This document shows positions 11,361 through 23,832 of a stretch of DNA of 64,000 nt, piece by piece (position 1 is the stretch's first letter; each line of letters starts with the position of its first letter). The stretch spans positions 2,480,001 to 2,544,000 of the forward strand of contig OZ374559.1 of NCBI GenBank assembly GCA_977862235.1, in the 5' to 3' direction. Source of the stretch: Dudresnaya verticillata (Eukaryota). The notes below the pieces were generated by a model. That model saw only the letters and a program-made list of their open reading frames with translations. It did no database searches and was not told where the DNA came from. Position numbers and translations under genes: made by a program.

Positions 11361-12194
11361 TCAGGCGGTTATTCCAACGCGACGGTAGACAAAGTTATTG
11401 GCGTTGACTCCCCACACCGCATTAGGCCCCACTGATATGTGCATCAGCTTTCCACCCACCTGCTGCCAGCTAGATCCACCCTGATTGCTTGGTGTGATTC
11501 CAAGACGGCGGTAAATGTTGTCGTGGCGATTGACTCCCCAGACGCCTAGGGACCCAACGTCAATTTGCTTCAGGGTACCATCGATCCTCCTCCACGACAA
11601 TCCACTGGGGTTGGAAGGGGAAATACCTACTCGACGGTATATCTGGTTGTTGGAGTTGACACCCCACACATCGTTAGAACCGACTGAAATGTGCTTCAGC
11701 TTTCCGTCCACCAGCTGCCAACTGGCACCACCAGGATTACTGGCTGTGACCCCAATGCGGCGATAGACGTTGTCGTTGCGGTTCACTCCCCACACGCCCC
11801 GAGCCCCAACGTCAATCTGCTTCAGGGTACCATCTATCCTCCTCCATGCCGATCCGGCAGGGTTGGAAAAGGAAATCCCTACTCGACGGTAGATCTGGTT
11901 GTTGGCGTTGACACCCCACACGTCTCTAGGACCGACCGATATGTGCTTCAGTTTTCCGCTTACCTGTTGCCAATTAGAACCACTAGGATTTCCGAATGTG
12001 ATTCCACTGCGGCGATAAATGTTGTCGTTGCGGTTGACTCCCCAGACGCCTTGCGCCCCAACGTCAACCTGCTTCAGGGTACCATCGATCCTACTCCATG
12101 CAGTTCCAGACGGGTCTGCTGTTGCTGGCTCAAACTTCGAAGCCAATGCAAGCACGAAGAAGACAAACAGCTTGCTCGAGGTAGCGAACTCCAT
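11361..12194 (-). CDS. Secreted tectonin/tachylectin-1-like six-bladed beta-propeller lectin (copy 1)
   Basis: ~26-aa hydrophobic signal peptide followed by six ~42-aa repeats W..(I/V).G.L(K/M)(Q/H)(I/V).VG...VWGVN....(I/V)YRR.G; intron-less. Confidence 0.9.
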   Translation of the reverse strand: MEFATSSKLFVFFVLALASKFEPATADPSGTAWSRIDGTLKQVDVGAQGVWGVNRNDNIYRRSGITFGNPSGSNWQQVSGKLKHISVGPRDVWGVNANNQIYRRVGISFSNPAGSAWRRIDGTLKQIDVGARGVWGVNRNDNVYRRIGVTASNPGGASWQLVDGKLKHISVGSNDVWGVNSNNQIYRRVGISPSNPSGLSWRRIDGTLKQIDVGSLGVWGVNRHDNIYRRLGITPSNQGGSSWQQVGGKLMHISVGPNAVWGVNANNFVYRRVGITA

Positions 12195-12325
12195 GACTGA
12201 AAGTTTTCCAGGGCGATGAGAAATCCTGGCCGTTAGAGAAATACCAACAGTTCTTGAGACTCGATCGGAAGACTGTCTTGTCTGGAGAGTTCAGGTTGGC
12301 GTTTGAAGCTGCTTATTAGACACAC

Positions 12326-12332
12326 TTATATA
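12326..12332 (-). promoter_or_regulatory. Putative TATA box of tectonin copy 1
   Basis: TATATAA on the minus strand ~135 bp upstream of the ATG. Confidence 0.5.
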
Positions 12333-13284
12333 GTACAAGTTCTGTTCAAATTCCTCGTTATCTAAGGTGTTAGTTGTTAGGAAGTGGAAAACCAACAAAG
12401 TCCCTAACCGGCATCGCCACCACGACAATCTAGGAATATGATGCCGCATTGCACAGGAGATCTCCTAACAAATCTGTTTCAAAACTGGCACCGTAAACAT
12501 TTGTCCTGACATAGGTGATGGTAAACATTTACAAATTGTTTAGGGTTATCCCACATAGGTGCTTGTTGGTTCTCTTGGTCTTTACAGATTATTCGGTCTA
12601 TCGACAAGTTACTCCGTTCGAACATACGTATCCCATGTCACTGGGTTTTGATGCTTACCTAGGAATTCCATTGAACTAAATGAGCACTGCTTACGACAAC
12701 CATCCTACTAAAATGTATCCCATGAAGGTCGTAAGGGCGTAACCTCATACCCTTAACTTGATAACAATTCAGTCTTCTTCAGTTGAAAATTTCATGCGAT
12801 GCAGCACATTCGTGGGCCGGAGTTCCTTCTAGGACAAAGAGACTGGTGCGCAGTACGTAGCCATACAGCAAGCAACCGAGGCAGGTAACTAGGAGCAGTT
12901 CCACGCGGCATGGGAATTCGGCTCCCAGCCAGGTCTGTGAATGCTTGCCGGTAACTAGGCTCATAATCACCGGTAGTGTCACGTGAGGAACATGCAGAGT
13001 ACAAATGTCGTCATTGACATGGAGGGCGTAAATGTCGTCGTGGACATGAAGAGTGTAAATGTCGGTCCTGAAATTCAACATTTCTGGATCTATCCCTCAG
13101 GCCTCCTCTTCGTCAGGTCGACACCGCCTCACTCACTGCATTGGTACTATTGTACAATCGTTTGCGTTAAATAATCCAATTGGTGTGGCGTTTGCAAACA
13201 AAAAATGACAAGTCGCGAAATTATTGGTAGGGCATGACATGGCGTCCAGAACTCGCCCAAACACTTGGAAGATGAGAGTAGATC

Positions 13285-13513
13285 ATCATCATCATCACAA
13301 CTTTATTGAAGCAAGACAAACAGCGGAAACCCTAATGACTTAGCCGCTGATGACTACTGGAAGACCTGGACTAATGGGACGTCGACGATTCACGGCGAGG
13401 GCGGTGAGCTGGAGAATGCGGGAAACCAGTGGTGAAACTAACGAATGGTATTCAGTAGTAGGATTTGTTCCCCGGCGCGTGGCCAGGAAAGCAGCGAGCT
13501 TTTGAAGTGCGCT
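13285..13513 (-). mobile_element. 229-bp 5'-truncated retroposon with AATAAA and (GAT)n tail, 13-bp TSD
   Basis: ATGAGAGTAGATC at 13272-13284 and 13514-13526. Related copy at 18206-18345; mirror at 26343-26571. Confidence 0.8.
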
Positions 13514-14510
13514 ATGAGAGTAGATCCAACAGAGAGAGTGTGTGTGTCAAACAAGCCGCGGTTGGTCGTAGGAGATTTGGTGCTCACTCGTGGTCTTGGC
13601 GGCTGAAATGAAATACAATCAGGATGTGGACTACTGATAGTGAGTGTTTTACCGGGTCGTGAAGTCAAACGTCGATGCGATGTTTTTATTGAGCCTTTAT
13701 CTTGTCTTGCGCGATGTGGCTTTTCTAGTGAACATGTAAGCTGGAATTCAGACCTGTTGGGAAACGAATTAAGGCCAATGGCGCTCCAATGTCATGACTG
13801 CACTATAAATACGATTCGTGTTTCTACATTCCGGCCAGTAGTTTCCCAGGGAGGACCACCTGAAAAATCACAAGAAGTTTACTATGACATCTGGATGTAC
13901 GGTTCTCATATCGTCAAGCGTGGAAACACTTGCAATCTTTCTGCAGGGATTTGCAGCGATCAAGTCCTTTGTTCATGAGAATAAGATGAAGCGTTGTAAA
14001 ACGACAGATGCTCATTACTTAGATTAGACAATAATTATATCTCTTTTTTACTTGGGCCACCCCTAGAAAGGGGTAGGTATTTTATTGTTCAGCAAATTTA
14101 CCATCGGCTTGTGGACACATGACCCGACCACATGACGCACTGAGAGCAGATATGTCTGCCTAGCCCACAAGGCTCGTCGCAAAATCCTCCGATTCCATCC
14201 TTAAGAGAGCACTGCGCCACATCCTGATCCTTCTATCCCTGCGCAACCCTTGCCTCCAACACGCCACTTGCCCGCCTCGGCGTCGAAATTGAAGTTTACT
14301 TCACCTTTTCTGCCATCCATTGTCGTATTGCATTGTCTCCGGCACTATCACCGCACGTACTATACAATCCTAATGACGTTTGAAATTTGTAGTGCGTATT
14401 CAGATAGGCATCTACTGCCGATCCAGACACATTCCAAATCTGGTCGAGTCGGAGTAGACTTGTAACATCAGAAGGCTCGCCAATAGGCTCAAGTTATGTG
14501 TGTTATTTTC

Positions 14511-14953
14511 GTGTCATATACAGCCTTGTATCGGAATGAAAAGGTACTCTGGGGAATAGAGAGTCCTACCGAGCGTCCTACAAAGGATCCACCTGTGCAA
14601 ATATCGACGATATTCAGATTGTACTTTGTTACACATCGGAAGATAGCATCCGATAAGCCTATCGGATCGATTGAACTAGCTCAACCCTGGCAGTGCTCTA
14701 CGTCAACACTATAGTAGTATTCTAAGCGTATATATGGACGCTTCGAGTATCAGCCCCTGCCAAAATCAGACAAGTTCCGTCCTTTCTCCCGCCCACCTAC
14801 ACCCATTTCATTCTTCTTCTGGCTTTCACCATTCAAGTTACCGTCCTTTCTGGTCATGCAGACCTTTGCACACTTTGCCCATTCGGCATTTTCCTAGCAT
14901 TACTCATCTCTGAAAGAAGTGCGACTTTACAATAAAGGCAACATTTCCTTTTC
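14511..14953. other. 443-bp segment present only in the left arm; possible solo LTR
   Basis: The right arm joins the flanks at ~25350 through TTTTC. Inner 14512-14943 runs TGTC...AACA with TATATA at ~14730, AATAAA at 14931 and imperfect flanks TTTCG/TTTCC. Confidence 0.5.
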
Positions 14954-17900
14954 AGCAACGATGCAATAATCAAAGGCATAGGGCGCCCTGAACTAACCTA
15001 CTATCCTCAAGGCGGCCACTAGGGCCATTCCCTGCTATTCACGTAGATCATGTACCAGCCTTTGATAGTTTGGTGATTTTACGGAGATCCTTTCTGTGGA
15101 GGTCTAATGGGAATGGTTCCATCATCAACATCACAAAAACGTGTAGAGGTAGGCACTTGTATGAGACATATGTCAACTTGAAAGTGTCAACATGAAGGAT
15201 CTGTCTATCTTGTGTAGCTCTACACGTAGAGGTGAAAGTAGTGGAGACTTTACTGATGCATGAACTAGCAAGGGTGGTCCGCAGGAGGGAGGGGGGAACC
15301 TAAGTATTGTATGTTCAGAAGATGATTGCCATGCTTCCCCTAAGGGAGAGAGATCAATCAAGTCTAAAAGGCTATGATTGATAGTCATTACAGAACGTAA
15401 AGAAGCTGCCTTGTGCAGGAAAGTTATATTCGTATATATCCTAGAGGATGGTATTTACTCAGAGGGTGAAACCAGTAAAGCCCTCAAGGAGGTTTACATG
15501 AGTGGAGGACTGCCATGGTCAACAAGCTTGCGCCGTGTAGCGCTTTACACAGCCGGTTGACCGAAACAGTCAAGATAAGGGAGAAAACGAGGATGAACAT
15601 GGTCCGTTTTCTGCAGTAGGAGAAGTTCCCTTCTTGGCAAATATATATATATATATACTGTACCATATATACCCCATGAGTTGCTGGGAGAGAGAGGAGG
15701 GATTCTATTTAGTTACCGAGACGGCTTCTCTTGAGGTAGTTGTTTAGGGCTATTCCCACGGGCTTGTTCGGTCGATCCGCCAAAGTCGGGTACAACCGTG
15801 CGTATGACTTGCTACAAAAGGGGGACCAAGTGTGATTTCCAATGATACCATATCTAGAGAACCCGTTTTCCTCTGTCAATCTTTCACAGTAAGTTCAGTG
15901 TGGCGATCAAACACTCCATCCAAACTCAGGTGGACACCTCCACACTTGTTAAGCATTTCTTGCAGGTGGTGAATAGATGCGCTGTCGTGAGAACCGCATT
16001 TTAGGGTCGGCCGAGTAAATTATACATCTGGGAAGCCACTGCTGCTGTTGCTGCATTTTCTGTACAGAGATTCCCATGCCAGGGCGGGCAACAACTCCGT
16101 TGGCGGAAAGCCCATTTTCACGCTTGTAGTTGTAGTGCCGTTTCGGTGTCCTTGTCGCAATCAACGACTACAGTGAGATAGGCGTGGCCACACTCGTTCA
16201 GCATTTGTTGGAGCTGGCGGATGGAGTCAGAGTCAAAACTGCCGGACCTCAGTGTCGGGCGCGTGGTGCATACGGACGGCAGGGAATAACATTTATTGCC
16301 GTAGGTCCTTTTAAGGCTAGGTGGGTAATGTACTGTTGTTCGTAGATTTTGAGATATTTGGAGTTCGAACTTGAGATGTCTTGCGTTTGTGGGATGAGGA
16401 CGGAACATTGGGTGCTCTTTGTATGATCGATATCAACTGGCGAATTCGGCAGGGAGAATGACAAATACCTCCGCTAAACAGTTCCAGTTGGTGTGGGTCT
16501 ATTGCTCTGTTGCTCATGCGGATAAACTGGAAATACGAACTTGTCATTCGATGAAACAAAATCTCTTTTCCCGTCATGTGTCGTAAGGGTGATGTTGAAG
16601 ACATTAAAAAAGGAATCTTGGGACCAGCTTTGTGTCATGTGACCTACTAGTTGAGATTGCCGGAAAACCCTCAAGCTCTATTTAGAACTTAGATTGGATG
16701 CGATAGAACGCTGGATAGTAGAGTCTTGAGCTACTACAATTGAGGCATGAGGAATACCGTTTGCCAGGAAATGATAAGTTGGACAGTGAAGAGTTTTCGA
16801 ATAACTGTTCTTGAAGAGCTGTTCAGATTCGCATTACTGAAGTTGTACATTTTCTCCAGGTAGTTTCAAGCTGTTCGTTTTCTTTTACTGTTTATTGTTC
16901 AAGCAGTTGAACAGTTAGTCACTATGTATTCTAAAACGATTCTTCCAGCGGTTCACACGGCACGGCCTGTTAGAACTAGCTGTTTGTTTAGGTTTCTATT
17001 GAGTTTGCACTAGCACTGTAGTTGTAATCGTTCTGCCCAGTTGTGGTGCAGACCTACCCTGGTCTATTTGTACTGACCTTCTCGAGCACTTCAATCGGTT
17101 AGTTATCGAACTACAAAAATAAACATCAACTTTTCTACATCTTACTTATTCTACTTCTCACACCTTAACCTCACTTTCCCATTTCTGCAGAGTGCTCTTC
17201 CTGTACAAAATTACATCCAATTCGCGGTGTACTAAAAGGCCTAGCTGTGTTGTTCTTCCTACTCACCCTACTTTCCTTTTCCATATTTTGCAACGTGGCT
17301 ATTTCTTGATAGATACCACTACTGCGAATGACAATGACAACTTCTGAGTTCTGCTTCTACAAGAAATGAAGCCAGGAAAATTCGAGACTGGGGTGACAGA
17401 TTGGCAAATCGGGCTCTCAAGTCCGTCAAACCCCATAGATGAAGGCCTTGTACTCAAAGCTGCCCGCGAAGTGAAATCACTGATATTCCAAACAGATAGT
17501 AAACCTTTTTTGCTCAACCCGGTTTCTCTCAATCCGGGAGGAGCAACAATTGTAGAATCTAAAATAGTTAGTGCATGAAGAGCAAGCACAGCGGCCAGGT
17601 GAGCCCCGTTAAAATTAACCCTATATCTTTACGTCATGCTATCCTCCCGAGAAAAAAGATCTCATTTGGCTTGTAGGCGTCGTGACGTGTATAACATTAA
17701 GAAAATTTGGCATTAAACCGCTTGGCGCTGGATACGAATTTCGTCTCGATACACAGTATGCCATTTTGGTCGGTGACTCAGAACAGGAGAATCAGCCACC
17801 CTCTCTATACCACAAGGCCTTCCGCGTTCATATTCTATGCAATACAGAATTCTACAGAGTGACCTCGAGACTTTTATAGAGCTCTGAGAATGCCATTTTG

Positions 17901-18205
17901 AAGGCAGGAAACGACGTTGCCGTAAGGGCGTCCCAAGAACTGTTAAAGAAATTAAACAAAACATCAGCATTATCACACTGAATCGGCACTAAGTACAATG
18001 AACTGAGATCGTCATGCTAGATATGTTAAACTTGTTTTAGTTTTATCGAGTTCTACCTTTCTAATGATAATAAATACCTTCAACAAGTGAAGCGGATTTC
18101 AAATACATTCAACAGATTAATTCGTCAGTTGAATACTTCGAGACGTGCTCCCAAGAAACTGAAAGGAATTGCGAATCTTCCTCTATTATTTTTATTTAAA
18201 TTCTT

Positions 18206-18345
18206 CATCATCATCGCAACTTTATGGAAGCAAGGCGAACAGCGGAAACCCTAATGACTTAGCCGCTGATGACTACTGGAAGGCCTGGACTAACGGGACG
18301 TCGACGATTCACGGCGAGGGCGGTGAGCTGGAGAATGCAGGAAAC
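18206..18345 (-). mobile_element. 140-bp copy of the (GAT)n-tailed retroposon, 8-bp TSD
   Basis: Close match to 13285-13427; AAATTCTT at 18198-18205 and 18346-18353. Confidence 0.8.
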
Positions 18346-19234
18346 AAATTCTTGCTGCAATCAACTCCGTAGCTGTCATTAACGATGGCTAACTCATCGT
18401 CGAATGCAACTCTAATTATAGCGGTAATGGTCTTAACATCTTGACTCCCGACGTCGGACAGAAAGCGGTCCAATAATGCAAGAATTTTGGTTGCTTCGAT
18501 GCAATTTCCTGCCGATGCGTATTGCCTCAGATCTTCGACTTAAAACTTTTCCAGCGTCCCTACTTTGACAGAAAACATAATGGCTCCTCAATTTCAAAAT
18601 TACTAAGGTCCCTAAGCGTCAGGTATTTCTCTCGCTCCGTTATGCTTGTCGTCTATTGCAATAAACAGGGACAAAATGATAGTGTTTTTTAGGAACTGCG
18701 CTTATATCGATACATGCTTTCGATATACCTTCCCTTTGCTTAACGAAACAATAAGGCCCACCGCAAATGAATTTCTCTGCTCTCTGATAGTTCCCGAATT
18801 GGAATGTTCCTGTCCTAATTGATCAATGTCTGTTTCCGCGTGCCATTTCTATAGTCAACCTCTCTTTATATTGTTTCTTTTGCTCCGATTTTTCTTTTTG
18901 TTTACAAGTTGGTATCTTCGCTTCAGTCGGATGTCTTAGCTCTACTCAATCCACACGAACTCTGAAGCTTTCCCCTTCTAAATAGCTCGTTACAAGCACT
19001 ATCACATGGCGACCGGCCGGTTAAGCCAATCAGACGCTAGAGAATCTCACGCAGTAGCAGTACCTCTAATCAACCAATGGCTTTGCGACAATTGTCGAAA
19101 CTCAAACCTCTAATCTGAACCACACCGCGCTTGCTCCGCCGCCTTCACCAGCCGCTCTTCGGTAACGATGCATCTGCCCCGCCCGTGCATCCACTTCAAT
19201 AGTTTGGGTCATCCCACGGGCTAGCCTGCTGAAA

Positions 19235-20743
19235 ATGCCGTCCACGCAAGGCGCTGCTCGCGTCCTCCGCGACGTCCCGAAACTTGCTGCGTCAACCTTG
19301 TCAAGCCTACCCACAAACATATCCGTCCCAACGTACTCAAAGGCCTCGCTCACCCCAGGCATCCTGCACTTTGGCCCCGGAAACTTCCATCGCGCTCACC
19401 AGGCTCAGCATCTGCACAGACTGTTTGAGAAGAACCTTTGCAATGATTGGGCCATCACCTGCGCCACGGTTATGCCATCTGACCAGCCGCTTTACGAAGC
19501 ATTGCAACGACAGGACATGCTCTACTCGCTTGTCGAACAGTCTGCTGAGCACTCTCAGGCCACGGTAATCGGTTCTTTACATAGCTACATCCCGCCAGCA
19601 GACTTCCGTCAGATTCTGGCCACTCTTTCACAGGAACACATTCATATTGTATCCCTCACGATTACAGAAGGCGGATACTTCATGAATGAGAAGACAGGTG
19701 TGTTTGACAGTTCGCATCAAGATATTGTAGCTGACACGACCTCAGACCCCCCAAAGACCGTTTTCGGGCTTATTATCGCTGGGCTTCGTGTGCGTCGAGA
19801 GGCGGGTATACCACCATTCACGGTCATGTCATGCGATAACGTTCCACATAACGGCAGTGTGGCACGCGAGGCTGTGGTCTGCATGGCTCGGCTGATGGAT
19901 CCGGAGCTAGCGGACTGGATTGCAGCCAACGTTGACTTCCCAAACAGCATGGTGGACCGTATCACGCCGGTCACGGGCGATCGTGAGCGACAAGGTATCC
20001 GAGGCGACTGGGGCGTTGCAGATGATGCTCCAGTGTTCTGTGAGAGCTTCTTGCAATGGGTTTTGGAGGATAAGTTTTCTGACGGGCGGCCGCAACTGGA
20101 GGAGGTTGGAGTGCAGTTCGTGGACGATGTTGCGCCGTTTGAAACCATGAAGATTCGCATACTGAATGGGGGACACGCTACCATCGCCTACCCAGCCGGC
20201 CTCCTGGATATTGAGTTTGCACACGCAGCTATGGCAGATGTTCAGATCAGAGAATTTTTGCGCAAGGTTGAGAAAGATGAAATCGTCCCTGTGGTCCCAC
20301 CGGTTCCAGGAACCAACCTTTGGGGGTATCTGGATGAGATTTGTGTTCGGTTTGCTAATCCGGCCATTCGCGATACTGTTAGAAGACTCTGCCTTGACGG
20401 TTCGAATCGACAGCCAAAGTTCATCATTCCTAGTATCCGTGATCGAGTATCAAAAGAGGCCAGTGTGGAAGGACTGGCGCTGGTATCGGCATTATGGTGC
20501 CGATACTGCTACGGAACAACAGAATCAGGGATAGAAATACAGCCAAATGATCCGAACTGGGACACACTTGTCCCAGTGGCACATGCAGCAAAAGAAGAGC
20601 CCTTGAAATGGCTTCAGCAGGAGAGCCTATATGGGTCGCTTGGCAAGAATGTTGAGTTCGCTTCATCTTTTACTCGTTGGCTCAAGATGATCTGGGAAAA
20701 GGGCACGAGGGCGAGCCTATCGGCATACATGAATGCTAAGTGA
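19235..20743 (+). CDS. mtlK: Long-chain mannitol 2-dehydrogenase family protein (MtlK/UxuB-like polyol-specific dehydrogenase), 502 aa; symbol is a family-level label
   Basis: GILHFGPGNFHRAHQ (Rossmann fold), IVSLTITEGGY, FTVMSCDN, FPNSMVDRITP, QWVLED, KIRILNGGH (catalytic Lys/Asn). Intact and intron-less; substrate is inferred from family only. Confidence 0.92.
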   Translation: MPSTQGAARVLRDVPKLAASTLSSLPTNISVPTYSKASLTPGILHFGPGNFHRAHQAQHLHRLFEKNLCNDWAITCATVMPSDQPLYEALQRQDMLYSLVEQSAEHSQATVIGSLHSYIPPADFRQILATLSQEHIHIVSLTITEGGYFMNEKTGVFDSSHQDIVADTTSDPPKTVFGLIIAGLRVRREAGIPPFTVMSCDNVPHNGSVAREAVVCMARLMDPELADWIAANVDFPNSMVDRITPVTGDRERQGIRGDWGVADDAPVFCESFLQWVLEDKFSDGRPQLEEVGVQFVDDVAPFETMKIRILNGGHATIAYPAGLLDIEFAHAAMADVQIREFLRKVEKDEIVPVVPPVPGTNLWGYLDEICVRFANPAIRDTVRRLCLDGSNRQPKFIIPSIRDRVSKEASVEGLALVSALWCRYCYGTTESGIEIQPNDPNWDTLVPVAHAAKEEPLKWLQQESLYGSLGKNVEFASSFTRWLKMIWEKGTRASLSAYMNAK

Positions 20744-23700
20744 TCCAAGAAGAATTCTAGGATGCAACCACCAGAGAGTATATTGGAAAGAAGCGCATCC
20801 ACTCTGTTGCCTAAGAAATAGAAGGTATTATCTAAGTTCGAATCGTGCAAGCTGCATCGCACGCCTTAAAGACTAACCTGGGTATTTGCAGCTGAGAGTT
20901 CGAATGTGCAGGTTGTCTGCCTCCTACTGACAACGCGTCATGCCAGACGCGATAGAGATCGGATCTGAGAGTGGTCTGCTGGAATATGCGGTGCATGGCA
21001 CGAGTTGTATCTCATAGCCGCACGACAAAGTTTGCGAGTCAGGGAGACTTCTTCTTGTAAGAGCCTGGAATGCGGTGATTCAGACACCATTATTTCTCAA
21101 CTGGTCATTGGTATTCCGCAAATCAGTGTCTCTGAAAGGGATGCTGGCATTCATCATCGTCTGATCGATGGATAGCTAACATGTTACTTGCGAGTACTGG
21201 TCGGTCTCGAGAATTCATTCACTGGAGCCAGTAAACTAGGATGCTCCATGTCCGTCCGACGTGACTTCGGCAGTTCCATGCATTGTCCTTGCTGGAGAAT
21301 GCCTGCAACCGTGTGTAGACGCTTCTACTGGCTCATTTTCGTCAACCTTGCAGATCGTGTGACGCAGAAGTTTTGGTATCTCCAAGCAGCTTATCTTTAT
21401 AATGGGAAGAAGATGTTCATATATGTGTCTACCACCCCAAGCTGAAATCTTCCACAACTTCCCGATGGTGTCCTGACTTTATTAAGACTTAAGCACCAAG
21501 CACAAGTAGGACGCTCAAAATTCATTCCCTCTGTGAAGTAAACACCCATGCATCATAGAGACTGCGATTCACAGCGATATACGTGAAGTGCAGAATACGC
21601 AAGACTACAGTAGAAGAGAGGGTGATGAATGTTCGCATATTCACGAAGTCGAGTGCAAACGAGTTGAAAATATGAAATCGTGGAAGGATGTGGTCGGACT
21701 GAATCTCCCAATAGGCCGAAAGCAGACACGCCGCAAATGTGATGCACCGATCGTTGGGGGGGTAGAAAGTTCTCTTCTAAGCTAGAAGGGGTTGTGTTAA
21801 CAGAAAAACGATTTTACTTTGTCGCGATGCCCCCTCTCTTCGTTCGCACACTGCAGACGCCTCTTGCGTTGCAGTGCAGAACAACTGAGAAGATAAAACA
21901 AACGCGTAACTAAACAAACCAGTAGAGCTACGAGCGCCGGCTTGCTGATATATTATTTGTCCAGCCCGGCCCCACCTGGGGCTTGCAGCGCGGCTGCATT
22001 CATAAGTTCCGTTCGCGCCCTTTGGTCGCGTGTGCGTCCAACACAAAGTCAGTACAAAAACTACTTTGATTATCCCGTGAGCCCCCCTCGCGCGACAGTG
22101 CGCGCTCTCCCTTCAACTGCATGTCGTGGTGGTTTTCGTGCCCTTTCGAACCCCATTGGTCCTCGCGTACTGTTCCCTGTGCGCCGTGGGGTCCTCTCGA
22201 TCGAGCAGCCCTATGGGGCTGCGGTCAACAACAAAGGAACTTTGCTGAAGCGGGCGGTGAGGAATTAACAAAGATTAAGTGCTATTCGATTATGGTTGTT
22301 TGGGTAGGGCGGTGGGACCCAGACGTAGCCACACCGTTGCTAAATTCGTGGAGGTTTGTTAAAGTCTCCTGGAGGCTGGCACGTTCGACATGTCATTAGT
22401 CAACCTCCGCAAGTACTTCAATACTACTTTTGCGGCTAGCGGCTGGGCGTGGCAAGCTCTCAACAAGGATAGCTGCGGCTGCAACTGGGAGTGGCAAACT
22501 GGGGACCTCAGAAGTTCTGAGCCAGAACTGACAGACTTGCAATTGCATTGTGTCGTTCTCAGTGTCACCCTGTAGTTTACTTGAATTGCGAGAAAGAAGG
22601 AGCAGATGATAGTGCAAGGGCAAAATGAGCTGGTTGTAGAGTATTAGAAGTCGACCCGTGTTTTTTAAGCACTCCAACACGTAGGGAGAACATACCGGGA
22701 GAAACAACAAGAACAACTCAGTAAACAACTTCATCTAAGTGGGACCCCACACGCGTTTGTGCGTACTTTGCCTTTTGCAGGTGTTACACATAGCGCTCGC
22801 ACTGTTTGGGAGTACTCCCTAGAATGGGATCCCAACGCGCACATGCGAGGCTGCAGGTGCATTCCCTAGAATGGGAGCCTGCTGGGGAACGCACTGCTGA
22901 ACAATGGCAAACCCCACGGCCGATCATGGCTATCGCGCACAGACCTGGTGAACCTGCACAAGGCAGAACTGCCGGTCTGACAATGCGAATTTGCGTCCCT
23001 TCGGACAAGCCTCTACATCTTATTGGCTAACGCTCAGGGTCCCCTGACAACAGGGTTCAGACCTGAACGACTTTCCGTCCGTCCCCGACCCACTGTGGGA
23101 CGGCGGGTGTGAACACATCCACCTGTTCAGGTCTATCTGACTTGGAGCGGATCCCGAGAGCATGCGGGCCACAAATACTGTGGGTCGCTTTGAGCCGTCC
23201 GGCTGTAGAAATAATAAAGGCAGCACGCTGGCGTCGAACGACGACGACGAGGGACATGACACCACTCCTCATCCACGCCGTGACTTTGCCCTCCACTTTG
23301 CCAACCCCAACTTTCTCTCTACCAACCTTTTACTTTTCCTTTTCGAGTTCGCGATCTACTGCTTCGAAGGCAAAAGCTGTTAAGCGTCACACAGGGCTCT
23401 ACCCTCGTTACATCGATAGGAGAGTCTCCTGTACCTCTTCACGCTTATGTTTAACAACAACGTTCTACTGCAGCTAGCCTCTACAACAAGGCTGAAAGAC
23501 TTTTCGGCTCCAACCGAGGAAAGGCGGGGAGGCTCGGCACCACTGATAGACACCGGTGCAAAGCGTTCTCGCAACGCTGCCTTGCCTTACGATCTTGCAG
23601 ATATGAAAGATGTGTATGTTCCAACGTGGTATCAAGTCGCACGCGACATGCACGCTGTAGACAACAACGCTTCCAATCCAGCGTTAAGACCTCTGTTATT

Positions 23701-23832
23701 TTGGCTGCCGTGACATGGATGCAATCATTGCTGTTATCTGATCAGACGAAACACGGATTCATGCACGGCAACGCTGTTGGGGTGTTGCATGGTTTTGTTT
23801 TGCTTCACTGCCCCCACGGGTTTAGTATAACA

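Larger units (their letters stand above)
5744..15798. repeat. Left arm of a large inverted repeat (partner 24501-34152)
   Basis: ORFs mirror across the axis, e.g. 7080-7736(-)/32160-32816(+) and 11361-12194(-)/27662-28495(+). Near-identical over 5744-~13485; more diverged from 13486 to 15798, with a 443-bp indel. Confidence 0.97.

Noticed and set aside
11361..12194. Regular 126-bp periodic repeats as a CRISPR-like array
   Set aside because: They are in-frame coding repeats of the propeller blades, with no unique spacers and no cas genes.
12995..13065. 27-bp tandem repeat (~2.7 copies) and the 100-aa ORF 12779-13081
   Set aside because: Short minisatellite upstream of the lectin; the ORF has no recognisable features.
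15799..19100. Short ORFs in the left part of the spacer
   Set aside because: All under 100 aa, overlapping in several frames and without motifs.
19235..20743. Bacterial contamination as the source of the dehydrogenase
   Set aside because: Flanks contain eukaryotic retroposons shared with the arms, and there is no operon context.
20800..23750. Short ORFs, a small hairpin (~22206-22222) and a 13-bp direct repeat (22817, 22864) as ncRNA or genes
   Set aside because: No tRNA, snRNA or rRNA signature; the structures are short enough to arise by chance.
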